A stretch of 64,000 bases of DNA from a bacterium (lineage in GTDB: Bacteria; UBA8248). A program made the position numbers and the translations under genes. Below the pieces are notes generated by a model. It was not told the DNA's origin. It searched no databases and saw only the letters and a list, made by a program, of their open reading frames with translations. The stretch lies in the NCBI GenBank assembly GCA_965221165.1, contig CBDCRP010000003.1, positions 1,696,001 to 1,760,000 on the forward strand, in the 5' to 3' direction. Of this stretch, positions 18,544 through 27,980 are shown piece by piece (within the stretch, counting starts at the first letter, position 1; every line of letters begins with the position of its first letter).

Positions 18544-18648
18544 TCAACTCTCCAGAAAGTTTTCCACCTCACGATACAACTCCTCGCGGCGTTTTTCGAA
18601 TTCCATATAGTGGGTGCCGTCGCCGATGACGACGAAGCGCTTGACGGA
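18544..18648 (-). pseudogene. Orphan C-terminal remnant of an alpha/beta hydrolase
   Basis: Reads SVKRFVVIGDGTHYMEFEKRREELYREVENFLES* with no start codon; begins 11 bp after the previous gene's stop. Confidence 0.6.
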
Positions 18649-18659
18649 ATAAGCTCGCC

Positions 18660-19826
18660 TCAAGCCCTAAGTTTCTCGCGCAGCCAGTCGTAGATGTAGG
18701 TCGTCCCCAGCGTCATGTTGTCGCGCTGGCAGTGTTGCGCGCCGCCTTCTTTCGACGTGAACACCTTGAAGGTCTTGTCCTTTGAACCCACGGCATTAAA
18801 CAGCTTGCGGGCGGCGCGCATGGGTATCTGCTTGTCCTGCGCCCCGTGGACGAGGAGAAAGGGGCAGCGCATCTTCTGCACCACGCCGTCGAGGCGAAAA
18901 CCCTCGAGCTTACGAAGCGCATCTTCGGTCGTCCTGGCGTTCATGATCCACAGGATGTGATGATCGGGCACCGCGTGTAAGGACGTGCCCCAGGCCGCAA
19001 GGCGCTTTTTCCAGGTGGCGTGGTAGTCCCAAATCGCCCCCCATGCGACGCAGGCCTTGTAGCGGCGGTCCATGCTCGCCGCCCTGGGCGCGTAATATCC
19101 GCCCGCGCTGAGCGCGATGATGGCCGCGCGACGCGCGTTCACGTCCCCTCGCGTTTCGAGGTAATCGAGCGCGGCCGAGCCCGCGACCTCGTAATCGTGG
19201 CGCAGGTAGAGGTTTCTGAAGCGCGCGGCCTCGCCGGAACCCGGCCCGTCCACGACGAGACAACTCATCCCGCGCGCGACGAGACTCTCCACCCCCCGGA
19301 CGTAGACGAGTTCCTTGGTGTTGTCGAGACCATCGAAGAAGACCACGACGGGAGGCTTTCTTTTTCTCGTGTTCTCCGCATGAACGAGGTAGGCGGGCAG
19401 CGACGCGCCGTTTTCGTAGGGAATCTCGACGCACTCGATTCGCGGACGCTCGCTCAGACGGGCGAAGCGGTGAAAACAATCGAGCGATTTCCTGAAGACG
19501 GTGTGGCCCCGCCTGTCCTTGGGCGTGCGGAAGCGCTCCCCCATCTGGTAATAGACGCAGGCCCGCAGATGGTGGGCGGACGCGGTGAAGCTCGAAGCCT
19601 CGCGCTCCGCCGCCAGGCCGAGTGCGCGAACGTGACCGGCCATGCGGACCCATTCGCGGAACCAGGCCTCGTCATCGCCGGGCTTGCGGGCGAGCCGACG
19701 CCCCACCCGGTCGACCTCTCCAATTTCCGAAGCGCCCCATCTGGCGCAGGAAATCATGAAACACACCGCCGAGGACCACCGGTACTCGCCCGGAAAATAC
19801 GTGAACCAGTTCGCCTCCGCCGGCAT
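18660..19826 (-). CDS. Alpha/beta hydrolase, 2,6-dihydroxypseudooxynicotine hydrolase/FrsA-like
   Basis: FDGLD, DGPGSGE, nucleophile ALSAGGYYA, GGAQHCQ. Confidence 0.88.
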   Translation of the reverse strand: MPAEANWFTYFPGEYRWSSAVCFMISCARWGASEIGEVDRVGRRLARKPGDDEAWFREWVRMAGHVRALGLAAEREASSFTASAHHLRACVYYQMGERFRTPKDRRGHTVFRKSLDCFHRFARLSERPRIECVEIPYENGASLPAYLVHAENTRKRKPPVVVFFDGLDNTKELVYVRGVESLVARGMSCLVVDGPGSGEAARFRNLYLRHDYEVAGSAALDYLETRGDVNARRAAIIALSAGGYYAPRAASMDRRYKACVAWGAIWDYHATWKKRLAAWGTSLHAVPDHHILWIMNARTTEDALRKLEGFRLDGVVQKMRCPFLLVHGAQDKQIPMRAARKLFNAVGSKDKTFKVFTSKEGGAQHCQRDNMTLGTTYIYDWLREKLRA

Positions 19827-20264
19827 ATCCGCCAAAATTCCACCTCCCGCACCACACCGCCGATTCGCCTCGACCGAAGTGGGTGATCGGAATTATCAAC
19901 CGTTTCCATATTCTCTATTCATGGATGAGAGTTTTCTACACTCCAGCATCCATTCTAGGTCTACGGTCTGTGGGTGGCCCGGATCTTCCCTGTCCCTCGG
20001 TGCCCTGTGTCGCAATATCGTTATTAGAATAATAACAAATCCAGAATTTATTTTGTAGATTGTAGTCATTTTTCGCTCGACTCCGGCGTGTCCAATAGCG
20101 ATGTTTTGATCTAACCTCGCAAAAACTTTACAAACAAAATGCGCCATGATAGCTTCGACGAAATAAATCACCCAGAAAATCTGCCCGGTTCCCACTTGCT
20201 ATGTTGCATGATTTCGTGCGCTCAGAGGACTGAATTTCTATATTGCCAAACATGGAGTGTAATA

Positions 20265-21713
20265 ATGAGTAGCATCGACGATATTTTAGAGAAAGCCCAA
20301 CTCGCAAGGCTTATTCCTACGATTGCCGACTCCCGCAAGGAAGGGCGGCTTGTATCCGTTCTGCTCTCAACGCTGTCCGTGGTGCATCCGTTCGCCAAAC
20401 AGCTTTTGGATCGCTGTGGAATGAGGATGGGAAAGACATCCAAATTACTCAGCCATACGGAGGTCAAATTTCCAACCTCTGATGAAAGCGGCAATGGAAG
20501 TAGTGAAGACCGGCCCGATGGTGTCTTGACTCTATCAACAGGTAAGTCCCGGTGGAGAGCACTGGTCGAAGCGAAGATTGACAATGTCGAGATTGATCAA
20601 GAGCAGGTGCATCGGTACGCAAGAATCGCACGAACTTGCGGGATCGACGCAGTGATCACGTTGTCGAATCAGCTAACGCCTTTGCCAACACATATCCCGT
20701 ACTCAATGCCAAAGACACTCAGAAATCGCGTCGATTTCTTTCATATTTCCTGGATTAGCGTACTCACCCAAGCATCATTGATTTTGAGGGATAAAGAAGA
20801 AATAAGCAGCGAGCAAGCATTCATTCTCGAAGAGATGGTTCGTTATTTCGAACATCCAAAGTCCGGGGTCAAGCGGTTCGATCAAATGAATAAAGAATGG
20901 CGGCCACTCGTTAGCGGAATTAGTAATGGGCAAAAGTTCAGCCGCTCCGCTCCCGAGATCGAGAATACGATTTCCAGTTGGCATCAGGAAGAGCGAGACG
21001 TTTGTCTATTGTTGAGCCGTCTCATCAGAAAACACGTCGATATCCGCCTCTCTCGCAAGCACCAGAACGATACCACGCTGAGGTTTCGTGAAGCATGTGA
21101 TTCGCTGATTGCTTCCCATGAACTGCGTTCCAGCTTCAGTGTACCGAATGCCGCCGGCGACATAGAAGTAACAGCGAATTTGGAGCGTAGAACGATTTCC
21201 TGCTCCATGAAACTGAATGCGCCCGGCGACAAGAAGCGAGCCGGCGCGAGAATTAACTGGCTCCTTCGACAGTTGCGAGACGTTGCCGGGGATGATGTGA
21301 TCGTTCGGGCTTTATGGCCTAGGGGAGCAACGACTCAGGAGTACCTATCAAAGGTCCGAGGCGATATCAATTGTCTTGAAATCGGGCGTCCAGGCGCAAC
21401 GCTTACAAGTTTCGAGGTTGTGATGGTCGAATACCTCGCAGGCCGTTTCTCAGGGCCACGGAACTTCATTGAAGATTTGGAAGAATTAGTACCTGAATTC
21501 TACGACATAATTGGTCAGCGTTTACGGCGTTGGTCTCCCCCACCCCCACCGATCGATAAGCGCGACCCAATCCAGGAACCCACTACCTCTAAAGCATCCG
21601 AAGAGAGAAGTGTGAACGAATCTCCGCCATTGGAGACGAACCAAACTCACGATCTTCCCGAATCAAACGATACGAACTCATCATCCACGGAGCATCCACA
21701 CAGGATGGTTTAA
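20265..21713 (+). CDS. PD-(D/E)xK nuclease-domain protein, AT-richer insert
   Basis: EDRPDG...LVEAK...QVHRY motif; lower GC than flanks; RBS GGAG before ATG 20265. Confidence 0.65.
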   Translation: MSSIDDILEKAQLARLIPTIADSRKEGRLVSVLLSTLSVVHPFAKQLLDRCGMRMGKTSKLLSHTEVKFPTSDESGNGSSEDRPDGVLTLSTGKSRWRALVEAKIDNVEIDQEQVHRYARIARTCGIDAVITLSNQLTPLPTHIPYSMPKTLRNRVDFFHISWISVLTQASLILRDKEEISSEQAFILEEMVRYFEHPKSGVKRFDQMNKEWRPLVSGISNGQKFSRSAPEIENTISSWHQEERDVCLLLSRLIRKHVDIRLSRKHQNDTTLRFREACDSLIASHELRSSFSVPNAAGDIEVTANLERRTISCSMKLNAPGDKKRAGARINWLLRQLRDVAGDDVIVRALWPRGATTQEYLSKVRGDINCLEIGRPGATLTSFEVVMVEYLAGRFSGPRNFIEDLEELVPEFYDIIGQRLRRWSPPPPPIDKRDPIQEPTTSKASEERSVNESPPLETNQTHDLPESNDTNSSSTEHPHRMV

Positions 21714-21785
21714 TTCCACAAAACCAGACAGAGGATCCCGGGAGGAAACCCGGACGACCCCGTCACCCCGACAGAGGAGCGCGTC

Positions 21786-22961
21786 ATGCCGGAAGCCCCC
21801 GCCAACACCCGATGGTTCACCTACTTTCCAGAGGATTGCCGCTGGTCTTCGGACGTCGTGAACTGCCTCTCCGTGGCCCCCTGGGGCGGAGCCGACATCG
21901 GCGAGGTCGATCAGGTGGGCAGACGGCTCAGAAAAGACATCGGAAACGACGCGCTGTGGTTCCGCGAATGGGTTCGCATGGCGAACAAGGTGCGCGATCT
22001 GGGGCTGGCGGCAGAGGAGAAAAAACACCGCTTAAGCGCCGCCTACCACCACAAGCGCGCCGCCATGTACTACCAGATAGGGGAGCGCTTCCGCACGCCC
22101 AAGGACAAGCGGGCGAAAGACGCCTACAGACTCGCGCTCGACAGTTTTTTACGCTTCACGAAGCTCACCGATGCTCCCAGAATCGAGCGCGTGGAAGTGC
22201 CATTCGAGAACGGCGTGAACCTGCCGGGATATTTCGTCCACGCGCAGAACACGAAAAAGGCCAAGCCGCCCGTTATCGTCTACTTCGACGGTCTCGACAT
22301 CACGAAGGAGATTCAATACCTGCGCGGCGCGGAAGAATTCGTGCGGCGCGGCATGAGCTGTCTCGTCATGGACGGGCCGGGAACCGGGGAGGCCATCCGC
22401 TTCAGGGAGCAATATCTGCGCCCCGACTACGAGGCGGCGGGCTCGGCCGCGCTCGATTATCTCGAAACGCGAGGCGACGTGAACGCAGGCAAAGCCGCCG
22501 TGGTGGCCATCAGTCTCGGGGGATACTACGCGCCCCGCATCGCCGGCATGGAGAGGCGGTATAAGGCGTGCGTCGCCTGGGGGGCGTGCTGGGATTATCA
22601 CGCGACGTGGAAAAAGCGCGTCGCCGCCTCCATGAAGACGGAACTCTCCGTACCGGGCCACCACATCATGTGGGTGTTCAACACCAAGAACTATGAGGAC
22701 ACCTTCAAAAAGCTGGAAGCCTTCCGCCTGGACGGCGTGGTGCAGAAGATGCGCTGTCCCTTCCTGCTCACCCACGGCATCGACGACAAGCAGGCGCCCA
22801 CGAGCGACGCGCGCAAGCTGTTTGGCGCCGTGGGCTCCAGGGACAAGACGCTCAAGATATTCACCGTCAGGGAGGGGGGCTCCCAGCACTGCCAGCGCGA
22901 CAACCTCTCGCTCGGCGTCACCTACGTCGCGGATTGGCTGATGGAGAAGCTGAGGCCTTGA
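21786..22961 (+). CDS. Alpha/beta hydrolase, paralog of 18660-19826
   Basis: WFTYFP..RWS, FDGLD, AISLGGYYA, GGSQHCQRDN. Confidence 0.88.
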   Translation: MPEAPANTRWFTYFPEDCRWSSDVVNCLSVAPWGGADIGEVDQVGRRLRKDIGNDALWFREWVRMANKVRDLGLAAEEKKHRLSAAYHHKRAAMYYQIGERFRTPKDKRAKDAYRLALDSFLRFTKLTDAPRIERVEVPFENGVNLPGYFVHAQNTKKAKPPVIVYFDGLDITKEIQYLRGAEEFVRRGMSCLVMDGPGTGEAIRFREQYLRPDYEAAGSAALDYLETRGDVNAGKAAVVAISLGGYYAPRIAGMERRYKACVAWGACWDYHATWKKRVAASMKTELSVPGHHIMWVFNTKNYEDTFKKLEAFRLDGVVQKMRCPFLLTHGIDDKQAPTSDARKLFGAVGSRDKTLKIFTVREGGSQHCQRDNLSLGVTYVADWLMEKLRP

Positions 22962-23069
22962 GCGAGACTTGGGTGAATAGCTAGTTGACCATAGCTCCCG
23001 ATGTGTCGAGAATAGCACTTGCAACTTGAAAGCTTTATTTTGATGTGCCTCTCGAAGGGATTAAGTAAA

Positions 23070-24200
23070 ATGCCTAGAAAACAATCAGGCGGCCACCTTC
23101 ACCTTCATGATCTAGCGATCAAGGGGTTTCGCGGAATTAAAAGTCTTTCCCTTCCCCGGCTGGGCCGTGTGACCTTGCTCGCCGGAAAGAACGGTGTCGG
23201 AAAATCCACCGTACTCGAAGCGGTCGCGGTATACGCAGCGCGCCGTTATTGCAATGAAGTTCTTTCCAATATGCTGAAAAAGCGTGAGGAATTGTCTATT
23301 GCGCAAGATGAAAATGGCGATACGTTTCCTGTACCCAATATTGAAGCTCTTTTCCACGGTTGGGATGCATCGAAAAATGCGTTTATCGTGATTGGCCCAT
23401 CTAAAGAGCCAGATCAACTCAGAATTGAAAATGCCTCTCACAACGATCTCACAAATGAACAGATGGTACTTGAAGGCTTCAGGTCTGAATCGTACCACTA
23501 TGATGATATGCAATGGCTAAATATCAAATTTCGAGGCAAACAGAATATTTTCCCTTGGGCAAATCTCAAAAGCCGTCGCCCGCTAAGAGGTAGGTGGGGA
23601 TTCGTTGCAGAAGCAAATCTTCCAAAAGAAATAAAATGTGAGACATTGGGTCCGGGCCTACTTAACAACGATGAGATAGCAAAGTTTTGGGACAAAATCG
23701 CGCTGACCTCTGAAGAGGATCAGACAGTTAATGCCCTGAAGTTGATCTTCGGAGTCAAAGTGGAGCGCATTGCGGTCACTGCAGAAGAATATAAACAGCA
23801 TGGTCGCCGCGTTATCGTAAAGCTCAAGGATCACTCTGACCCCGTTCCTCTGAAAAGCTTGGGAGACGGCGCGATTCGCCTTTTCAGCATTGCCCTGGCT
23901 TTGGCGAACAGTAGGGACGGCATCCTGTTAATCGACGAAGCGGAAAACGGAATTCACCATTCCGTGCAATCGGATTTCTGGCGCATGGTGCTGCGAATGG
24001 CGAACGAGAACAACACGCAGGTTCTGGCCACGACCCATAGCTGGGACTGCGTGCGGGGATTCGCACAAGCCGCGACCGATGACGAAGACACCGAGGGCAT
24101 TCTCTTTCGCCTCGAACGGGACGACGAAGACGTTTGGGCGATCTTCTACCCTGAAGATCAACTTAAGATCGCCGCCGAACAGGGCACCGAAGTCAGGTAA
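23070..24200 (+). CDS. ABC-type ATPase (AAA_15/AAA_21-like), putative defence sensor
   Basis: IKGFRGI, Walker A GKNGVGKS, SLGDG signature, ILLIDEAENGIH, TTHS; AT-richer. Confidence 0.88.
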   Translation: MPRKQSGGHLHLHDLAIKGFRGIKSLSLPRLGRVTLLAGKNGVGKSTVLEAVAVYAARRYCNEVLSNMLKKREELSIAQDENGDTFPVPNIEALFHGWDASKNAFIVIGPSKEPDQLRIENASHNDLTNEQMVLEGFRSESYHYDDMQWLNIKFRGKQNIFPWANLKSRRPLRGRWGFVAEANLPKEIKCETLGPGLLNNDEIAKFWDKIALTSEEDQTVNALKLIFGVKVERIAVTAEEYKQHGRRVIVKLKDHSDPVPLKSLGDGAIRLFSIALALANSRDGILLIDEAENGIHHSVQSDFWRMVLRMANENNTQVLATTHSWDCVRGFAQAATDDEDTEGILFRLERDDEDVWAIFYPEDQLKIAAEQGTEVR

Positions 24201-24205
24201 AAAGT

Positions 24206-24913
24206 ATGCCCACCGCTGGTTCGCCATCTTTTCTTTTGTTGGTCGAAGGGCAGGATGATCGTCATTTCGTCAAACAGTTATGGGACAAGCATCACGGCGG
24301 GTCGTCGAAACCGTTATTTTTCAATGGCGCGGAGCCGCCATTTGGCATATCAGACAAAGGAAACTTTAATGAACTCTGCAAAGATATTCCCACACAAATT
24401 ACCACTCCCGGCAGAGAAGTGCTCGGAATTCTCGCGGACGCAAACGGCGACCCAGTGAAGCAGTGGGAAGAAATATCAAGCGAACTTAAAAAAACTTGTG
24501 ACCTGAGAGGCGCAAGTAAACATCTACAACTCGACTCAACTCAAATCCCGAATGCTCCAGACCCAACCGGAACGATCATCAATAGCAAACCACGCATCGG
24601 TATATGGCTGATGCCCGATAACGCATCGCCCGGCGAGTTGGAAGACTTTGCGGTGAAAATGGTTCCCGGTGACGACCCTGTCTGGCCGTTCTCCAAGGAA
24701 TACATCAACAATATCCCAAAGCAACATCGCAAATTTACAAGCGACAAAACGCCAAGAGCCGAGTTGTTCGCATGGCTTGCAACGAGAAAGGAACCCGGGC
24801 GTATGGGAGCAGCCATCGGCGCTGGTGGTTTGACACTGGACAATAAACCTAGCGAAACATTCCTGAAGTGGCTAAACGAGTTATTCAAACAACCTGCGAA
24901 CGTATCTTCTTAA
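24206..24913 (+). CDS. TOPRIM-fold protein (DUF3226/DUF4435-like)
   Basis: LLVEGQDD, GILADAN, GIWLMPDN...GELEDF; 5 bp after the ATPase gene. Confidence 0.8.
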   Translation: MPTAGSPSFLLLVEGQDDRHFVKQLWDKHHGGSSKPLFFNGAEPPFGISDKGNFNELCKDIPTQITTPGREVLGILADANGDPVKQWEEISSELKKTCDLRGASKHLQLDSTQIPNAPDPTGTIINSKPRIGIWLMPDNASPGELEDFAVKMVPGDDPVWPFSKEYINNIPKQHRKFTSDKTPRAELFAWLATRKEPGRMGAAIGAGGLTLDNKPSETFLKWLNELFKQPANVSS

Positions 24914-24977
24914 ACTCAGGCAGAAAAAACACAGGCATTACTCAGAGCGACGTGCGTCGCCAGAACATCTCCCCTAC

Positions 24978-25601
24978 TCACGCTCCCCCAAGCCACTCCT
25001 CCGCCTCATCCCGCACGGCGCGCTCTTCCGCGCTGTGCTGGAGGACGATGTTCCTGGCCGGTGGGTGGCCTATTTTCGCGTTTCGCCAGCAATGGTAGCG
25101 GATGGCCTGGGGATAGCCCGAAAGGTTGATGGAGGCGTAGAACGAGGTGGGGAGTTCGTCGGGCTTATACGGGTCCATCCTGTCTTTCTCGTAGATGTTG
25201 GTCCGCTTCCAGATGCGCCACCCGCCGTCTCGTTTTTCCAGCAGTGCGAGGACGCGGCTCCAGGTGGTGAAATCAAGCTCCACGCCGTCGATCAACCTTC
25301 TCTGGTAGAGGATCAGGTCGTGCTCGGCCGCGGCGCGCGTGTCTTTCAGGCGCACCCAGGGGTTCGTGACGGTGTGCTTCTGGCTCTCGCCGGGGTGGCG
25401 CGCTATCTTCATCTTTTTCGCGGCGTCGACGAATTCATCCCGCGTTCCGCTGAACCACGATGTCGTGAGCGTGGCGTCGGGGTGATAACACGCGCCCCAC
25501 TCCTCCCAGAGGCCTGCGTCGCGCGCGTAGTTCACGACCGAAAGAACGTCTTTTATCTCGCTCTTGTCGAGGTTTTCCTGCGCTCTCCTTTCCGCTTCCA
25601 T
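24978..25601 (-). CDS. SnoaL/NTF2-like protein
   Basis: ARDAGLWEEW..CYHPDA, H-x5-V pattern, EKRDGGWRI, YEKDRMDP. Confidence 0.8.
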   Translation of the reverse strand: MEAERRAQENLDKSEIKDVLSVVNYARDAGLWEEWGACYHPDATLTTSWFSGTRDEFVDAAKKMKIARHPGESQKHTVTNPWVRLKDTRAAAEHDLILYQRRLIDGVELDFTTWSRVLALLEKRDGGWRIWKRTNIYEKDRMDPYKPDELPTSFYASINLSGYPQAIRYHCWRNAKIGHPPARNIVLQHSAEERAVRDEAEEWLGGA

Positions 25602-25614
25602 GAAAATCCTTTCT

Positions 25615-26031
25615 TCAGATGAACTCGTGCACCTCGGCGAACATGCCCTTCACGATCCCCCCGCTCAGGTGGCCGACCAGGATTTCGTCCGGCTGGTAGG
25701 GGCCGCCGCTCAGCGCGAGATGGAGGTGAATATAGGGCTGGGGTTCATCCCACGTCTCATCCCCCCGAACGGCGGGAGGCTTTTCGGGCCAGGAGATGTT
25801 TCCCACGGCGATGAGTTCGCGCCAGTCGTGGAAATAGCGCCGGGCCGAGGGGCCGATGACTTCCCTGAAACCCGTACGGACGTCTGATTCCTTGAGCGCG
25901 CCGAACACGATGAGCGAAGCGCTCCGTATGTTCTTCTCTTTCACGAAATAATTGAATTCCTCGAAAAAATCATCGTCCTCATCGAATTCCAGATGAAAGA
26001 CGCGGCCCAGCTTCTTCTCTTCCGCTCGCAT
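25615..26031 (-). CDS. DUF296/PPC-domain protein
   Basis: FGAL, ELIAVGNI, PYIHLHLALS, GHLSGG; start set to ATG 26031. Confidence 0.8.
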   Translation of the reverse strand: MRAEEKKLGRVFHLEFDEDDDFFEEFNYFVKEKNIRSASLIVFGALKESDVRTGFREVIGPSARRYFHDWRELIAVGNISWPEKPPAVRGDETWDEPQPYIHLHLALSGGPYQPDEILVGHLSGGIVKGMFAEVHEFI

Positions 26032-26033
26032 AC

Positions 26034-26897
26034 CTAGCCCTCCCTCACCTCCGTGTAGAGGTTCTCGAGCCCCCGCCGGAAAGTCCTCCTCCTGTGCGCG
26101 ACCCAGGATGCTCCCCGCCCCGTATCGGACCAGAAGAACTTCTCGAAACCGGCGTCTGCGGCGGCGGCTTCTCGCTCCATTCCTTTTTTCACGAGGTTTT
26201 CCATCATCCCCCACATCTCTAAAAAAAAGTTCTTGAAACGCCGCACCTCTTCGATTCCGCATATCTCCCCGTGGCCGGGAACGACGTGCGCCACGGGCAG
26301 GCTCTCCATCCACGCGAGCGCCCCTATCCATTCCTGAAAACGCGCTTCGCGCATCCCGGGGCCCGACTCGTTTATCATCACGTCGCCCGTGAAGATGACG
26401 CCTTCCTCAGGCACGTACACCGAACTGCAGGCGGGCGTGTGACCGCCCAGGCGATACATTTGAAACGTCAGGGGACGTAAGTGGAGCGTCATCCCCTCAT
26501 CGAAACAAACCTGAGGCAGGGGGAGGACGGCTTCTTCGATCTCCCGCGCCTCGTCATGCGCGCCGATGTCGTTCAAGGTGTTGATGAAGGTCTCGCGCCC
26601 CGCGAGGGGGTTATCCTTCGCGGCGAGCGCATCGTACACGCGCTGGGGAGCAATGGAAACGACCCCCGCATCCTCGATGAACGCGGAGCCGATGGCGTGA
26701 TCGCCGTGATAATCCGTCGAAATGCGGTAGCGGATGCCTCTGGGGCTAAGCGTCCTTAGTTTTTCTTGCCAGTCCCTTGAATCCGAGGGCCGCACGGGAC
26801 AGTCGATGAGCACCACGCCGGCCTCGGTGACGCCCGCGCCCACGTTCGCCCAGAGATATTCGGTCTCCGCCACCAAATGCTTGCTCAGCCGCCGCAT
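26034..26897 (-). CDS. MBL-fold hydrolase (cyclase-like)
   Basis: NVG, LIDCP, TDYHGDH, GGHT, FTGD, VPGHG. Confidence 0.88.
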   Translation of the reverse strand: MRRLSKHLVAETEYLWANVGAGVTEAGVVLIDCPVRPSDSRDWQEKLRTLSPRGIRYRISTDYHGDHAIGSAFIEDAGVVSIAPQRVYDALAAKDNPLAGRETFINTLNDIGAHDEAREIEEAVLPLPQVCFDEGMTLHLRPLTFQMYRLGGHTPACSSVYVPEEGVIFTGDVMINESGPGMREARFQEWIGALAWMESLPVAHVVPGHGEICGIEEVRRFKNFFLEMWGMMENLVKKGMEREAAAADAGFEKFFWSDTGRGASWVAHRRRTFRRGLENLYTEVREG

Positions 26898-26990
26898 GGT
26901 TCATGCCCGCCCATACCTGGAAAAGCCGCAGGCGGGGGCGCGAACAGACACCCCCGCCGCGATTACCGGCTTCTCATGAACGCCCGGGCT

Positions 26991-27980
26991 TTAGTTTCTA
27001 ATTTTGACCCCGGCATTTTTGAAAATAGTCTTGTTGCTATTGTACTCCGCCTTCAACTCCTTCAAGAGTTGCTCTTCGACAACCGGCTGGGAGCTAACGC
27101 CCATCTTCTTGAGAAGGCGCTTGAAGGTCTTGTCCTTGGCCATCTTGAGCAGGGCGTTCCTCAGAATCTCTATTCTGTCCTTGGGCGTTCCCGCGGGCGC
27201 CATGACGATTCGCTTCGAATGCAGGAGAAGGTCTACTCCCTCCTCCCTGAGAGTCGGGACATCCGGAAACGTTTTGTATCGCTTCGCGGCGGCGACGGCC
27301 AGAATGCGTATTTTGCCGGATTTGTAGTTGGAGAGAACGCCGCCCGTCGCCGGGTTGGCGCCCGCCGTTTGCACGTGTCCGCCCAGCATGGCGAGCATGG
27401 CCGGGCCGCCACCTCGGAAGGGAACGTGGTTCAGCGTCGTCTTCGTGTCGTAGGCGATCTTGAGCAGCATGGTGTGGCTGAGGCCATACGCTCCCGTAGA
27501 GCCGTGCATGATCTTGCCTTTGCTCTTTTTCGCCGCGGCGATGTATTCCTTGAAATTCTTCCAGGGCCTGTTCCCCAACGAGACCAGCAGATAGGGAAGC
27601 TCGTTAATCTGAAAAACGGGGATGAAATCCTTGAAGGGGTCAATACCCATGTCCTTCACATGGGTAGACAGGTAGAGCTGGCTGTTCGAGCCCATCAAGA
27701 GGGTGTAGCCGTCGGGTTTGGCCCGCTTGAGCGCTCCCATCCCTATCTTCCCGCCGCCGCCCGGCATGAGCTGCACGAACGCCGGCTGGCCGATGTATTG
27801 GTGAAGAACGCTGGCCACGGCGCGCGCATGGAGGTCGTGCGAGCCGCCCGCTCCTAAGGGCACGATGATCTTGATGGGTTTCGAGGGATACTTCTCCGCC
27901 GCCGCGGGGGGGGCGGTGAAAGTGAGGAGCCCGAGCGACAAGACTACCGCCAGGACGATCTTCCATGATTTGCGCATCAT
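26991..27980 (-). CDS. Tripartite tricarboxylate transporter substrate-binding protein (TctC/Bug)
   Basis: YPSKPIKIIVPLGAGGSHD, PGGGG, PDGYTL, VPFRGGG, PDVPTLRE. Confidence 0.92.
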   Translation of the reverse strand: MMRKSWKIVLAVVLSLGLLTFTAPPAAAEKYPSKPIKIIVPLGAGGSHDLHARAVASVLHQYIGQPAFVQLMPGGGGKIGMGALKRAKPDGYTLLMGSNSQLYLSTHVKDMGIDPFKDFIPVFQINELPYLLVSLGNRPWKNFKEYIAAAKKSKGKIMHGSTGAYGLSHTMLLKIAYDTKTTLNHVPFRGGGPAMLAMLGGHVQTAGANPATGGVLSNYKSGKIRILAVAAAKRYKTFPDVPTLREEGVDLLLHSKRIVMAPAGTPKDRIEILRNALLKMAKDKTFKRLLKKMGVSSQPVVEEQLLKELKAEYNSNKTIFKNAGVKIRN

